The notes: generated from the letters alone by a model not told the origin. A stretch of DNA of 64,000 bases from Eledone cirrhosa (GCA_964016885.1 OZ024740.1:227912001-227976000), one strand, 5' to 3'; shown: positions 1 through 13,091, numbered from the stretch's first letter. Numbers and translations are program-made.

Positions 1-28
1 TATAATATTTATTAAAATAACAGATTAA

Positions 29-79
29 AGTTTAAGCAAAGAATCGCTGCTTTCACCCTTAACGGGATCTTCTGAAACT
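29..79 (-). ncRNA. Hammerhead-like motif (U4A variant) in the PLE 3' pLTR
   Basis: Reverse complement of 3077-3127, identical sequence. Confidence 0.5.
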
Positions 80-168
80 AACAAAGTCAATCTGTAAACG
101 CAGAACTGGATATTTCAAAAAACGTTGCAACCGGAGGAAGACAGGAAGACGATACTTTGGTTCGTGGT

Positions 169-432
169 AACGTTCTCTGGCAAAGAACGGGAAAAAACGA
201 ATAATACGTCATTAATAGGAGCGGTGAAAAACAATTACGCGCAAAGACAAAACCACGTTTATGGTATAAAAGAGGTCGTAGACTAATGTTCTCTTAAGTG
301 GTGCATAGAGACGTTCTCTGGCAATGAACGAAAAAACGAAGATAATAAGTCATATGTGGAGCGTGGAGAACAATAGCACGCAAAGACAAAACTACGTAAA
401 TGGTATAGCAGAAATCGTAGACTAAAATTCTA
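169..432. repeat. Internal ~140-bp-period diverged direct repeat within the PLE pLTR
   Basis: acgttctctggcaa...gcaaagacaaaac..cgt...gtagactaa occurs at ~169-285 and ~311-425, and is mirrored in the inverted pLTR. Confidence 0.8.
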
Positions 433-1007
433 ACTAGGAGACCAAATGAATCTCCGCTACAGAGTTAAGAACAAAGTAAATAAATACAATACAGAAGTAA
501 TAGGAACAAATAAATACATACACGCAAACAGATACGTACATACACAAGCATATGCAAAACCTTACCATGGGTATACAAAACCACGCACATATAAATATGT
601 GTGTGTGTGTATGTTTGTGTACAAATAAATAAATAATTATATAAACATATATAAGTAAATAAATACGTATATAACAAGCGCACACGCATACCTACATATA
701 AATACACGAATGTTCGGAGACGTAAGTCAACTAAAACAAGAAGTACACATATACACACACCCACCATACGTACGAACCTGCACACTCACGCGGACGCAAA
801 ACTCCCGTATACACATAGCCAAACCCTAAATACCAGAATATGTAAAAATTATACGCTATAACAGTCAAATATACGTACGAGAAGGTATACATACCTTCAC
901 AAAACATACGGGTAATATATACTTACCTATGCAAATACGTAAAGGAATAAACAAAACATATACTTAGCTCCCACATCAAGACGTAAAATATCCACGTATA
1001 GATCGTG

Positions 1008-2600
1008 CTATCCGTTAAGGTATAACGTGGGGCTGTAATACCGGAAAGTTTTGTGCAATTTATGTTTACAAGCCGAAATTGCCTCAGATTTTTTGTTTAA
1101 GATGTGGTCTGTAGCGTAGAGTATTTCCAGGGCCTCAGCGGCGCAGAGGTCACATGGTCTTTTATTTCCGTTATACGATCTAGCCCTAGCTAGGATCTCC
1201 CAGTGTAACTTATATTGGGTGTGGTTGTCTTTTAGACTCCAGATATAAGCTGAAAGTGACGTCATATTCCTTCTTAGAGGGTAACGAAAAGAATGGGTAT
1301 GCATGTAAAGACGCTGCTTGAAACTATTGGCGGTTAACCCTATGTAGGCCCTACGGGACGTGGGTGTTACAACCTTACATTTGTAGACAATGTTACTAGA
1401 GAGGCATTTCCCGGATAGGGGGCAATCAGCCCGATTCCTACAATTACAGTTAGTACTACCTACAGGGTTGCACGTGTTCCTACGGCTAGGTAGTTTAGCT
1501 AAATTTGAAGCTGTGATGTTATCTGCAAGGTTAGGAGTCGTAGAGTAAGAAATTTTAATAGTATTTCTATTAAAAATTTTACTATATTTATGTGTAGGGG
1601 GAAAATGCTTCGTAATAAGGGAAAGAAAGATCTTAGCTAATGGTGTGGCCACCTCCATATTATATGGTGGGTTAAACCAACAAATGCGACGGGATCTATT
1701 TCTTCTAGGTCTATTTTCGTACACTGTATATGCTACCTTATCGACAAATCCACTTCGAGCAAGAGCTTCATTGTAATAAGTGGAATGGTCGTTGAAAATG
1801 CGCTCGTTGGTGGAAAGACGGGAAAGCCTCAACGAAACGTTTCTTACCAGGTTCTTGGTTATGCTGGCAGGATGGTTGGAATGCTTACTTATGTAATTAA
1901 GCGTATCATTCGGCTTTCTATACGGGTAATACAACCCATTCAATAAATTGAGGGTAACGTCGAGGTAATTAACGACCGAGAGATTGGCCTCAACCTGTAT
2001 AGAGAGGTTGAAGCCTTTAAAGAAGGCTCTGAGTTCTTTTCTGAACCTGTCGCAAGCACGAGGTCCGCACTTAGTCATGGTCAAAAGACCATCGTCACGG
2101 TACAAACCACCGCCCGCGTTGGGGAATTCGTCCTTGATAGAGAAAAGAAGGAAAAGGCCAATAAGATCAGTAACCTCCGCAGAGTCACTGGCGCCCATAC
2201 TCACGTCGAATGGGGTACTATTGGATTTTTTAATCCAAATAGAGTCGTCGAAATTAATCACCGACTTTCGGGCATTAAGGATGACATCAACTTCAAAATC
2301 CTTAACCACTGTGAGTGTTTTAGCGAAATTGATAGCTCTAAGGAGAAGTGGTAAAGTGATGGAGGAGTAGTAATTATTGATGTCGAATTGGATAAAACGG
2401 CAATGTTCCTTGTTACATATGCCGTTGAACCAATCAATCACCGCGAAAGAATTGTTCCACAGTGCGAGAGGGGCCAAACTTCTAATTTCAGGTATAATTC
2501 TATCAAGAATCGTTTTACTAAGTCTACCTAAATCGGACTTCGTAGGGTTAATAAGCCGAATAGAGGGGTTGTTCGGAAAATTGGATTTGTGATCCTTCAG
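1008..2600 (-). CDS. PLE reverse transcriptase-GIY-YIG endonuclease, N-terminally truncated, uninterrupted frame
   Basis: RT motifs LKDHK..RLINP, FIQFDINNYYSSI, MGASDSAEV and LYRDDGL. Cys linker CNCRNRADCPLSGKC. GIY-YIG motif IVYKCKV..YIGLTANSFKQRLYMH and CDLC..E. The frame stays open upstream of the listed ORF start, up to the inversion junction at ~2600. Confidence 0.93.
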   Translation of the reverse strand: MKDHKSNFPNNPSIRLINPTKSDLGRLSKTILDRIIPEIRSLAPLALWNNSFAVIDWFNGICNKEHCRFIQFDINNYYSSITLPLLLRAINFAKTLTVVKDFEVDVILNARKSVINFDDSIWIKKSNSTPFDVSMGASDSAEVTDLIGLFLLFSIKDEFPNAGGGLYRDDGLLTMTKCGPRACDRFRKELRAFFKGFNLSIQVEANLSVVNYLDVTLNLLNGLYYPYRKPNDTLNYISKHSNHPASITKNLVRNVSLRLSRLSTNERIFNDHSTYYNEALARSGFVDKVAYTVYENRPRRNRSRRICWFNPPYNMEVATPLAKIFLSLITKHFPPTHKYSKIFNRNTIKISYSTTPNLADNITASNLAKLPSRRNTCNPVGSTNCNCRNRADCPLSGKCLSSNIVYKCKVVTPTSRRAYIGLTANSFKQRLYMHTHSFRYPLRRNMTSLSAYIWSLKDNHTQYKLHWEILARARSYNGNKRPCDLCAAEALEILYATDHILNKKSEAISACKHKLHKTFRYYSPTLYLNG

Positions 2601-3076
2601 GCGTATGCTTGTGTATGTACGTATCTGTTTGCGTGTATGTATTTATTTGTTCCTATTACTTCTGTATTGTATTTATTTACTTTGTTCTTAACTCTGTAGC
2701 GGAGATTCATTTGGTCTCCTAGTTAGAATTTTAGTCTACGATTTCTGCTATACCATTTACGTGGTTTTGTCTTTGCGTGCTATTGTTCTCCACGCTCCAC
2801 ATATGACTTATTATCTTCGTTTTTTCGTTCATTGCCAGAGAACGTCTCTATGCACCACTTAAGAGAACATTAGTCTACGACCTCTTTTATACCATAAACG
2901 TGGTTTTGTCTTTGCGCGTAATTGTTTTTCACCGCTCCTATTAATGACGTATTATTCGTTTTTTCTCGTTCTTTGCCAGCGAACGTTACCACGAACCAAA
3001 GTATCGTCTTCCTGTCTTCCTCCGGTTGCAACGTTTTTTGAAATATCCAGTTCTGCGTTTACAGATTGACTTTGTT

Positions 3077-3127
3077 AGTTTCAGAAGATCCCGTTAAGGG
3101 TGAAAGCAGCGATTCTTTGCTTAAACT
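3077..3127 (+). ncRNA. Hammerhead-like motif (U4A variant) in the inverted pLTR
   Basis: agttt-CAGAAGA-t.ccc/gttaa/ggg.t-GAAA-gca/gcgattctt/tgc-UU-aaact. Stems I, II and III all pair, and AATAAA follows ~15 nt later. Confidence 0.5.
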
Positions 3128-3155
3128 TTAATCTGTTATTTTAATAAATATATAT

Positions 3156-3276
<121 letters not shown>

Positions 3277-3304
3277 ATATATATATTATATATATATATA
3301 TTAT

Positions 3305-3994
3305 ATATATCATAAATCATGTCCTTAGAATCATTAGATAAGATATATATACTATTTCCTCTCCCAATTAGCATAATTAACCATATAAAAAATCAATTAG
3401 ACCAGGCTATAAGAATAAAGGCTCCTATGAAGAAATATTTGATAAATAACCGAAAGCAGCCTCTTCGCGGTTCACCACAATAGAGTATTTACCCAACATT
3501 TCAACAGCATGTAGAAACTGACCAAATATATCGTCAACCATACACAATTAGGTATAAATTTAAAGTTAGAAGAAACATGTACATACCGTAATTATATCCT
3601 ACCATGGTTTCGTTCGTATTTTGAGATATCCTATTAAGAATAAATCTCGAGTATCGAACTCATCAGGAGACAAATTCAATAGAACAGTTAATTTTCCAAA
3701 GCGATCTCGCCAGAAATAGATTTTTAAAATGGCTAAGAATCGTGACGTGGCAGTGGTCAAGTTAGAAAGAATGTGATTAGTTGCTTACGGCGAGTAGGCT
3801 GGTTGCTAGAAAGCGCAGCCCAATATCGCCCAAATTGCATCTCAACCCAACGGGAGATTATTAAATATAAAGATTTACATATACATAAAGTCACAGATAT
3901 ATATGTGGCAACCGTTCACGATGTGGCTCAATGTAGAATTAATAAATTAAATAATCAGAGCAATATATCATAAATCATGTCCTTAGAATCATTA
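3305..3994 (-). mobile_element. 658-bp non-coding unit with 32-bp terminal redundancy, carrying a hammerhead (retrozyme-like or solo PLE pLTR)
   Basis: atatatcataaatcatgtccttagaatcatta at 3305-3336 and 3963-3994. Embedded in (TA)n. Confidence 0.7.
3594..3673 (-). ncRNA. Type I hammerhead ribozyme with long stem II
   Basis: Minus strand reads tgtctc-CUGAUGA-gttcg...cgaac-GAAA-ccatgg-UA-ggata. Palindromic stem III; stem I is imperfect. Confidence 0.72.
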
Positions 3995-4054
3995 TATATT
4001 ATATATATATATATATATTATATATATATATATATTATATATATATTATATATA

Positions 4055-4847
<793 letters not shown>

Positions 4848-4886
4848 TATATTATATATATATATATTATATATATATATTATATA

Positions 4887-4965
<79 letters not shown>

Positions 4966-5096
4966 ATATCTTTCTTTATATAGTTGGTATCTGGACAATA
5001 CGAGGTTCGGTTCCTCGTAGCGACCAGTGACAACTTATTTCGTCTTTAAGAGTCTCCACTCTATTTTATAGCATCTCCGCGCATGAGCATACCATT

Positions 5097-5133
<37 letters not shown>

Positions 5134-5212
5134 AAAAAATTGAACGGGAACAAAACAGAGAGGCAGTACGAACAAAGGTTTATTAGTTTCACGCTCTTGA
5201 GAGTGGGGTGGT

Positions 5213-5292
<80 letters not shown>

Positions 5293-5774
5293 GCAATTAA
5301 TTAAACAGGAAATAATTTTCTTTTACGATTTACTTATTTATTTAATTAAAAAGACTTAAGAAAGGAAAAGTCCGGAAACTGTTTCAACAACTTTAGTGAC
5401 TCACTTTCAAACTATTTCTGTTCTTTTACCACCATGGATGTCTTTGCTTCTTTGTTTTTGCTTACATTATTACTTTACTTATACTCGTGGCGGCGTTCAC
5501 CCGGGGTAGGTTGAGCCGGCTCCATCGAAGGAATTCAATTGAGTTTTTTCGGGCGATTGGTTTCACAAGCGGTGCTCAGTTGCAGGTATATGACTTTAGG
5601 ATAGTGCAATCCAAACCATGCATCAGTTACCCAATTTGGTGGAGCCAATGTCACGGCGGGGACGCATAGGAAGGAGTTTAGCCAGAAGGAGCTCACCCCA
5701 CTGCCCAGCTCAGGGCTTATGATGGTGCCCCATCATGGCCATAGTTAACTGTTTGGGCTCAGTAAAAGAGTGTT

Positions 5775-7085
5775 ATTGGTTTCTTACTTCGACCCAAAAC
5801 CAACTTATTTTGGCATGGAACAGTTGTAGTGGACAAATGACATTCTTTGATGGGTGTTTGATGAAAACAATAATGCCATGATTGAATTGTTAACAACGTT
5901 TATTTTATAACAACAATATTCACTTTGAACATCGAGTAATAATATTTATGACATTGTAGTGAGAGCTCCTCCCTTGTTATGACGTCAAGTCAAAGATTGC
6001 CTTTGCTAAGGGACAGTTGGACTGCAGCCTCCGAACTGATAACATCTTCCTAGCGACCCCCATCAAAGGGTCTAGGGATGGACATACATTCCGATCCTTT
6101 CTTACTGCTGTTTGCTAACATATAGCTCCAGGTATGAACTAACATTTATGCACACACCAATCATCAATAAAACAATTGTTACGTTGATAAGCTCTGTTGT
6201 TTTTACTCTGATACCAATGCATACACTACCAATAACTTCCCGTAAATTCAATGGAGTCATAACATGTAAAAAATAGAAGATATTTCCATCGGACATTGAC
6301 TAGCTATCTTCTATAACTGGTGACCCTATCTTCTATAACCGATGACCATATGTCTTCTAAAACATGAATTATCACTACATTAATTAGCTGACTAACTTCT
6401 GCGAGCTAGCGTAAATGCATGCATCACAGAAAACGATATGGTAAAAGTTGTGTTGTATCTTACAGATACAATATGACAGGAAGATGAAAGAATAGGTGAA
6501 GCATAGCAGTGAACAAATAAACTTACTATGTGTGTGTGTATTCTTAGTATACGTTATTGTTGTAGTAGTAGTGGTCAATCTGTCAGGCAGGCATGGCTGG
6601 TTGTGTCTGAGGCCGATAGGGTGGGAACCAGTAAGGGCCAGGAGAGAGAAAGGGTAAAAGGTCTGTTAATGCCTACATCGTTATCACTCGCTGACTGCTG
6701 TTTCAGGTCTGTCTGTGTCTGTGGCCGAGAAGGTGACAACCAGTAAGGGCCAGGAGAGAGAGATGGAGTGAAAGGTCTGCTACATCGTGAACCTTAACAC
6801 GGACTGCTTGCTTCGGTCTCTCTGGTCATTAGATTCCTTAACTCTTTGTATTTATAATAGTGCTATAGTTAGAAGGATGTGTATATGAGGTTGATTTATG
6901 ATCAGCCATGTGGATATCGTCTCCCAGGAAGCTGGGATCAGAGGTCAAGTGGTATGTACGTTTATCATCGTTGACTTGACAGGACAACGGTGGGAAACTT
7001 TCCAACAATGGGTGGTCCCAGAGGCGAGAAACCTGATATTCGGTTTCGAATCTTCGCCGATAAAATATAGGAGTATTCCGTTATA
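5775..7085. repeat. Unclassified interspersed repeat (second copy at ~53646-54391)
   Basis: Long colinear similarity ending in ataggagtattccgttata in both copies. Confidence 0.75.
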
Positions 7086-7456
7086 CAGTTTAATACTGGT
7101 ACTATTCTATTGAATTCTTACAGTTATACAAAGATGAAAGGGGAGGACGGAGGAATGGAATGGACATCCGTTGGTTTCGACGATGAATCTTCCAGTTGTT
7201 CGATCAACGGAATAGCCGGTTCGTGAAATTTACGTGTAACTGAACTGAACATTCTACAGACATGTGTATCCTTAACGTAATTCTCAGGGAGATTCGGCGG
7301 GACACGATGAATTAAGGCAGACATTTTGAATTGAGAGCTACAGTCAATCCGACAATCTAAACAATTCCGCCGACCCATTTTCACTCCTTAATAGTCAGCC
7401 TATGAACATTTCAGCCGACCCTCGTATAATACAAGTGTCTGTGGAATACTCAGCAA

Positions 7457-7656
7457 TACGAGGTCCGGCTAAAAGGTTCATAGACTGACCAAGATACTCT
7501 CATGGAGTGACCAAACGAGGTTTATTTTTCAACAAAGTCCCTGGAAAGAAACAATAGAGTTATTAATAAGAAGAGTTAGAATTAATGCATGCAGGATTTC
7601 ATAGCTCTAGCATCACTCCTTCATTGTCACCATACGAACTTTTAAGCTGACTCGCA
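7457..7656. mobile_element. Mariner-type MITE (another TIR end at ~7394-7426, fragment at 62457-62583)
   Basis: TA-CGAGG..ctaaaaggttcatag TIR with a degenerate inverse at the right end. The same internal sequence occurs at 62457. Confidence 0.6.
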
Positions 7657-7994
7657 GTCGGTAAGGTGTTTGACACAATGTGAAGGTGGGGGTTTCCATC
7701 TTAGTCATGAATTATAAACGAGGGGTTCTTATTATACATACATACATGATGGCTGCAAACTCTGCTAAGAGTATTGCAATCACTTGTCAGATTACAGAAA
7801 ATGGTGCACCTTTAGGCTACGGCCAGCCACACGAACCTGTAACAGATCTTGAACAAGCAATGCCTGTGCTTTGAAGGTTTTTTTAAGAGGGGAAAGGCCT
7901 TGCACTCGACTAATCTCACTCTCTGAGCATCGAAAACACTACCCGAAAAGGAGAACTGGTCAACATCATCGGATATTTCCGAAGCCGCAAGTTT

Positions 7995-8910
7995 TTTTCC
8001 AGAGTTTCCCTCTCCTAGAAAGGTGTTGTGACAACAACTGGGGGCCTTTCACTCCCAGGTGAAAAGAAAAAACAAAGTACTATTTGGATGGCCGGTGACT
8101 CTGTTGAGTTTCCTCGCCCTTTGCCGGGTCTTGTATTTCATCCCGCAGGGTGTCCAAATATCACCCTCCTCACCAAGCAAGTTTGGTGGGGCTGCCGGTT
8201 TAGTCGCCGACGATCCGACCATGAGACAGCTTGTACTGGGTTACATGTTACCAGTAGCACTCGAGAGCGACCTGACATACATACATACATACATACATAC
8301 ATGGTGGCTGCCAACTCGTTTTCGAGTACGGCCACTACTTTATATCCATGTAGGAGAACCCCTACCGATGCGCTGAACGAGTGTGACTTTTTAGTCCAGC
8401 CAGCGACTTGAAAACTCTGGTACAAACACTACACTTGTGACAATTATTGACACATAGTGCTGGGCCCATGGTACCATGTGACGACAAGTGCAGAGAGATC
8501 TCCAGATATAAAGCAATGCCTGTGCCGTGAAGCTTTTATAGTGAGCAAAGGCACTGCACAAAGCCAGTCCCACTCTCTTAACCAAGATGATATTTACCAA
8601 AAAGAAGAACAAGTCAACATCATTGGATACCATCAGAGTCGCAGGTGTTATATCAGAGTTTTCCTTCTCCTAGAATTCTGCCTTGACAAAGGCTAAGGGG
8701 TCATCTCTCCCGGTGATTTTGGATGGCCATTGACTCTTAAGAGCTCCTTTGCCCTTTGACAGGTTTTGTTTTTAGTCCTGCAGGATGTCCAAAGTCACCC
8801 TCCTCACCAAGAAACCTTGGTGGGGTTGCCAGTTTAGTCGCCAACGACCCGACCATGAGACAGGTTGTACTGGAATACATGTTACCAGTAGCACCAACTG
8901 GTGACCTGAC
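7995..8910 (-). mobile_element. Two copies of an RTE-type LINE 5' leader (~7995-8300, ~8650-8910), each abutting (ACAT)n
   Basis: The two copies are clearly homologous. The minus strand contains ctaggagaaggaaaactctga, a motif I recognise from RTE 5' UTRs. Confidence 0.55.
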
Positions 8911-8980
8911 ATACATACATACATACATACATACATACACACATACACACATACATACATACACACATACATACATACAT

Positions 8981-9017
<37 letters not shown>

Positions 9018-9122
9018 TACATACATACATACATACATACATACATACATACATACATACATACATACATACATACATACACACATACATACATACATAC
9101 ATACATACATACATACACACAT

Positions 9123-9191
<69 letters not shown>

Positions 9192-9252
9192 TACATACAT
9201 ACATACATACATACATACATACATACATACATACATACACACATACATACAT
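8909..9252. repeat. (ACAT)n/(CA)n microsatellite
   Basis: Direct inspection. Confidence 0.97.
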
Positions 9253-9527
9253 AAGGAAATATAATGGTGAACGGTCATATATAATTCATATATGATATGA
9301 AGTAATATGGCTCCAACAGAGAATCGAAAACGTGTCTCAGCTTAAGCGTAGAACATTCAATGGTGTATTGTATGGTCCTGTAGCGCCTGGGGGAGTCGTA
9401 AGGACGCCATATTGACATACGGCGTTTCTAGGGCACCCTTTTTCAAAACCTGGCGGAGCCCATCTCTTCCAGAGAAAAATAAAGAGTGAGAGAATGGAAG
9501 TGAGATAGAGATGTAGAGGAAGAATAG

Positions 9528-9657
9528 ACCCCAGTAGTAGAATGGTACTTTCTGTATCGACCTCGAATGGATGAAAGGCAAATGTGACTTCGGCGGGATT
9601 TGAACTCCGAGTGCGGAGAGCCGGAACAAATACTGCAAAGCATTCTATCTGCCGCCT
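9528..9657 (-). mobile_element. tRNA-derived SINE (diverged)
   Basis: B box gagttcaaatcc followed by the family body ttgcctttcatc..ggtcgata. Confidence 0.75.
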
Positions 9658-9879
9658 ATTTAATGGTGTAGACTCTCAAAATTAGGCATGGAATTGCCGG
9701 AAGTCTACTCCGCTCAATTAAAAAAAAAAGACGTCAATTAGCTAAGTGATTAAGCAAACCGCCAGGGAATGAATTGAGACATCTATATCTATATTTGAGG
9801 GAGGGAGAGAGAAGGGAAAAACACGAGGGGAGGGAGGAAAAGAAAGAAATATATAGACATATGTTTACACAAGCAGACA

Positions 9880-10318
<439 letters not shown>

Positions 10319-10713
10319 ATTAATTCGTTGTAGTATTTATTAGCAGTATTCATGTCACACCTGTCATCTCTTAACATATTTATGACAATGAAAACTGATA
10401 TGAAGTTTTCCCTGTAATGGCATACCTTCTCGTTGTCATTGTGTAGAGTTACAGACGAGAGCATATGGGGAAATGACAGATGGGAGATCATATAATAAAT
10501 ATTGCATCTATATACATATCTATATATGTGAATATATGTGTGTGTGTGTGTATATATATGTATACACATATATATGAATATAGGTAATGTAGGAGGTGAG
10601 TAATATTGTAGAACAATAAAACTATGCATATATAAGATAAGAAGCACTCGACAGTTGGTAGAACTGGAGTATATATAAAGAAGAAATTAAAAGATGGTTA
10701 AAACAGTTCCATA

Positions 10714-10783
10714 TATTTTATTATGCGCATTTCGAAAACAACATCATCCTGGGACAAAAATTGTGTTCTCATCAGATAAAATA
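10714..10783 (-). ncRNA. Type I hammerhead ribozyme (left palindrome arm)
   Basis: Reverse complement of 10911-10980. Confidence 0.85.
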
Positions 10784-10910
10784 AGGTAACATGATATGAG
10801 GCCTAAAAACACTTGTGAACAAGAAAGTGTCCAGTCAACATATTTTTGTCATATGTTGACTGGACACTTTCTTGTTCACAAGTGTTTTTAGGCCTCATAT
10901 CATGTTACCT

Positions 10911-10980
10911 TATTTTATCTGATGAGAACACAATTTTTGTCCCAGGATGATGTTGTTTTCGAAATGCGCATAATAAAATA
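10911..10980 (+). ncRNA. Type I hammerhead ribozyme (right palindrome arm)
   Basis: tattttat-CUGAUGA-gaacacaat...gttgttttc-GAAA-tgcgca-UA-ataaaata. 8-bp stem I and palindromic stem III. Confidence 0.85.
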
Positions 10981-11086
10981 TATGGAACTGTTTTAACCAT
11001 CTTTTAATTTCTTCTTTATATGTATATAGCTATGTATATATGTATACACACACACATATATATATATACATGTATATATGTACGTA

Positions 11087-11118
<32 letters not shown>

Positions 11119-11131
11119 TATATGTATGTAT

Positions 11132-11163
<32 letters not shown>

Positions 11164-11344
11164 GTTTATATATATTTATATTTGTGTGTGTAACCGTTGG
11201 TCAATCAATGATAAACATTGATTGCCAGATAAATTAACTATAGAGATATAAAAGATACAGAAGCGAAAACCAACCAAACAGTGAGTGTGTTCTGTTATTA
11301 TTTCTGGCAATATTATAACAATATGACCCTCCCCAAATATAACA

Positions 11345-11463
<119 letters not shown>

Positions 11464-11524
11464 CGTGTGTGTGCGTGTGTGTGCGTGCGTGTGTGTGCGT
11501 GTGTGTGCGTGTGTGCGTGTGTGT

Positions 11525-12455
11525 GGACTAGTGTCTGTCCTTAGGGCATCAATATATGTTAATTTCGGTCTCCCTCGTCTCTTGTGTCCGTGTAGCGGCT
11601 CTCACAGGACCACTGAATGTCGGTGACTCTGTCCAGCTAACCCCAGTCTCCTCTGTGTTACTTTCGAGCTGACTTTTGGGAGGCTCCCGTACAGCTCTGA
11701 GCTCTACATCCTCAGTGTATACTGATTAATGTTCAGAGCCATCCTCACCATTCTCGTGAAGCACCCATCTATCATCTGAGTGAGTCTCTTGGTCAGTGTC
11801 CAAGTCTCAGACCCGTACAGCAGCACAGACTCCACTGTAGCGATGAAGAGGCGGATCTTCAGGTCTTTACGAAGGTCCGACTTCCACACCGACCTCAAAC
11901 TGTGACACACCACCCAGACTTTGCTCTTCCTCTCCACCACATCATTCTCTGTGTTCTCAATCTTTGCTCCCAGATACAAGAAGTCATCAATCAACTCTAG
12001 CGGCTTCTCGCCTACATTCATAATCTTCTCTGGCTTCTTAATATTCTCTACCAGATACTTCGTCTCACTGTCATTCATTCTCAGCCCCATACTCATCGAC
12101 ACCATCTCTACTTCCTGCATCATGTCCTCTGCCTCCTTCACTGTGTTTGTCATCAGAACTATGTCGTCAGCAAATTCAGCATCTGATATCTTTTTAGTCT
12201 TAACTTTCCTGCTTTGAGCTAGTGCTACAGTAAAGCCCGAGTCTTGATGTTTCTCCAGTGCAAGGCGCATACAATAGTCCACTGCGATGAAGAAAAGGTA
12301 GGTAGTCAATGTATCACCCTGTATCTCCAGCCAGTATCTCAAAGAACTCCGTTATCCCGTCAGATGTAATAACTTGGGCTCTGGTGTTGGTGTAGAACAG
12401 TGATATCAGATTCACTCTCTTCTTGGGGATTCCATAAACCTGTAAGATCTTCATC
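11525..12455 (-). pseudogene. RTE/RTE-X LINE reverse transcriptase fragment
   Basis: QGDTLTTYLF, EFADDIVL, FLYLGA and LFIATVESVLLYGSETWTL motifs, with frameshifts. Confidence 0.9.
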
Positions 12456-12558
12456 GGGCAGTGACGGGGGTATGACATTAAACTGCATCCAGTGGCAAAG
12501 CTCCAGTTGGGGAGTTCAGTAGCTGTGGGGAATGTGGAGTTACCCCTTAGTTGTTATA

Positions 12559-12634
<76 letters not shown>

Positions 12635-12681
12635 CGTGTGTGTGTAATTAGAATTTTATTTCTCACCTTAGCACAGCTGAT

Positions 12682-12728
<47 letters not shown>

Positions 12729-12733
<5 letters not shown>

Positions 12734-12793
12734 AGAACGAGTAGGACCCCGACGGCTGAGCTCAAGCCGTCGGGGTTCTACTCGTTCTTATTA
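12729..12793. other. Near-perfect 29-bp-stem hairpin
   Basis: taataagaacgagtaggaccccgacggct / gagctca / agccgtcggggttctactcgttcttatta, with one G-T pair. Confidence 0.9.
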
Positions 12794-12903
12794 CCCACTC
12801 TACTACCCTAAGTATTGAGTACTTTGGTGCGTTATGGTCCACCTGGTTCCTTACCATATTTCCTTCGTTATATATATATATATGTATGTATCTATCTATC
12901 TAT

Positions 12904-13010
12904 CTAAGGTGGGTAAAATTCCCGAGATCCATGGACGAGTTCTCTCCAGCGGTCTCTGTCCCTCATCATCGCTGCCATGTCCCGCGTCTCCAACAGACCA
13001 GTGTCTGTCC

Positions 13011-13013
<3 letters not shown>
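12904..13013 (-). pseudogene. RTE/RTE-X LINE extreme 3' coding end
   Basis: LRTDTGL...AMMRDRDRWRELV..stop. Overlaps the end of the 11525 fragment (agtgtctgtccttag). Confidence 0.75.

Positions 13014-13091
<78 letters not shown>

Larger units (their letters stand above)
1..3155 (-). mobile_element. Penelope-like element (PLE), 5'-truncated, with 3' pseudo-LTR and an inverted pLTR copy at the 5' junction
   Basis: RT plus C-terminal GIY-YIG ORF on the minus strand. 1-555 is repeated in inverted orientation at 2601-3155 with only about 4 differences. Flanked by (TA)n. Confidence 0.95.
10673..11021. repeat. Near-perfect palindrome: 171-bp arms with a 7-bp spacer (inverted PLE-type pLTR)
   Basis: 10673-10843 is the reverse complement of 10851-11021. 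The spacer is ttttgtc. Confidence 0.93.

Noticed and set aside
8820-8910. HDV-like ribozyme in the RTE 5' leader
   Set aside because: Partial P2/P4-like pairings (ccagt/actgg, gtcg/cgac) are visible, but I could not assign P1/P1.1. It needs an RNArobo/Infernal search.
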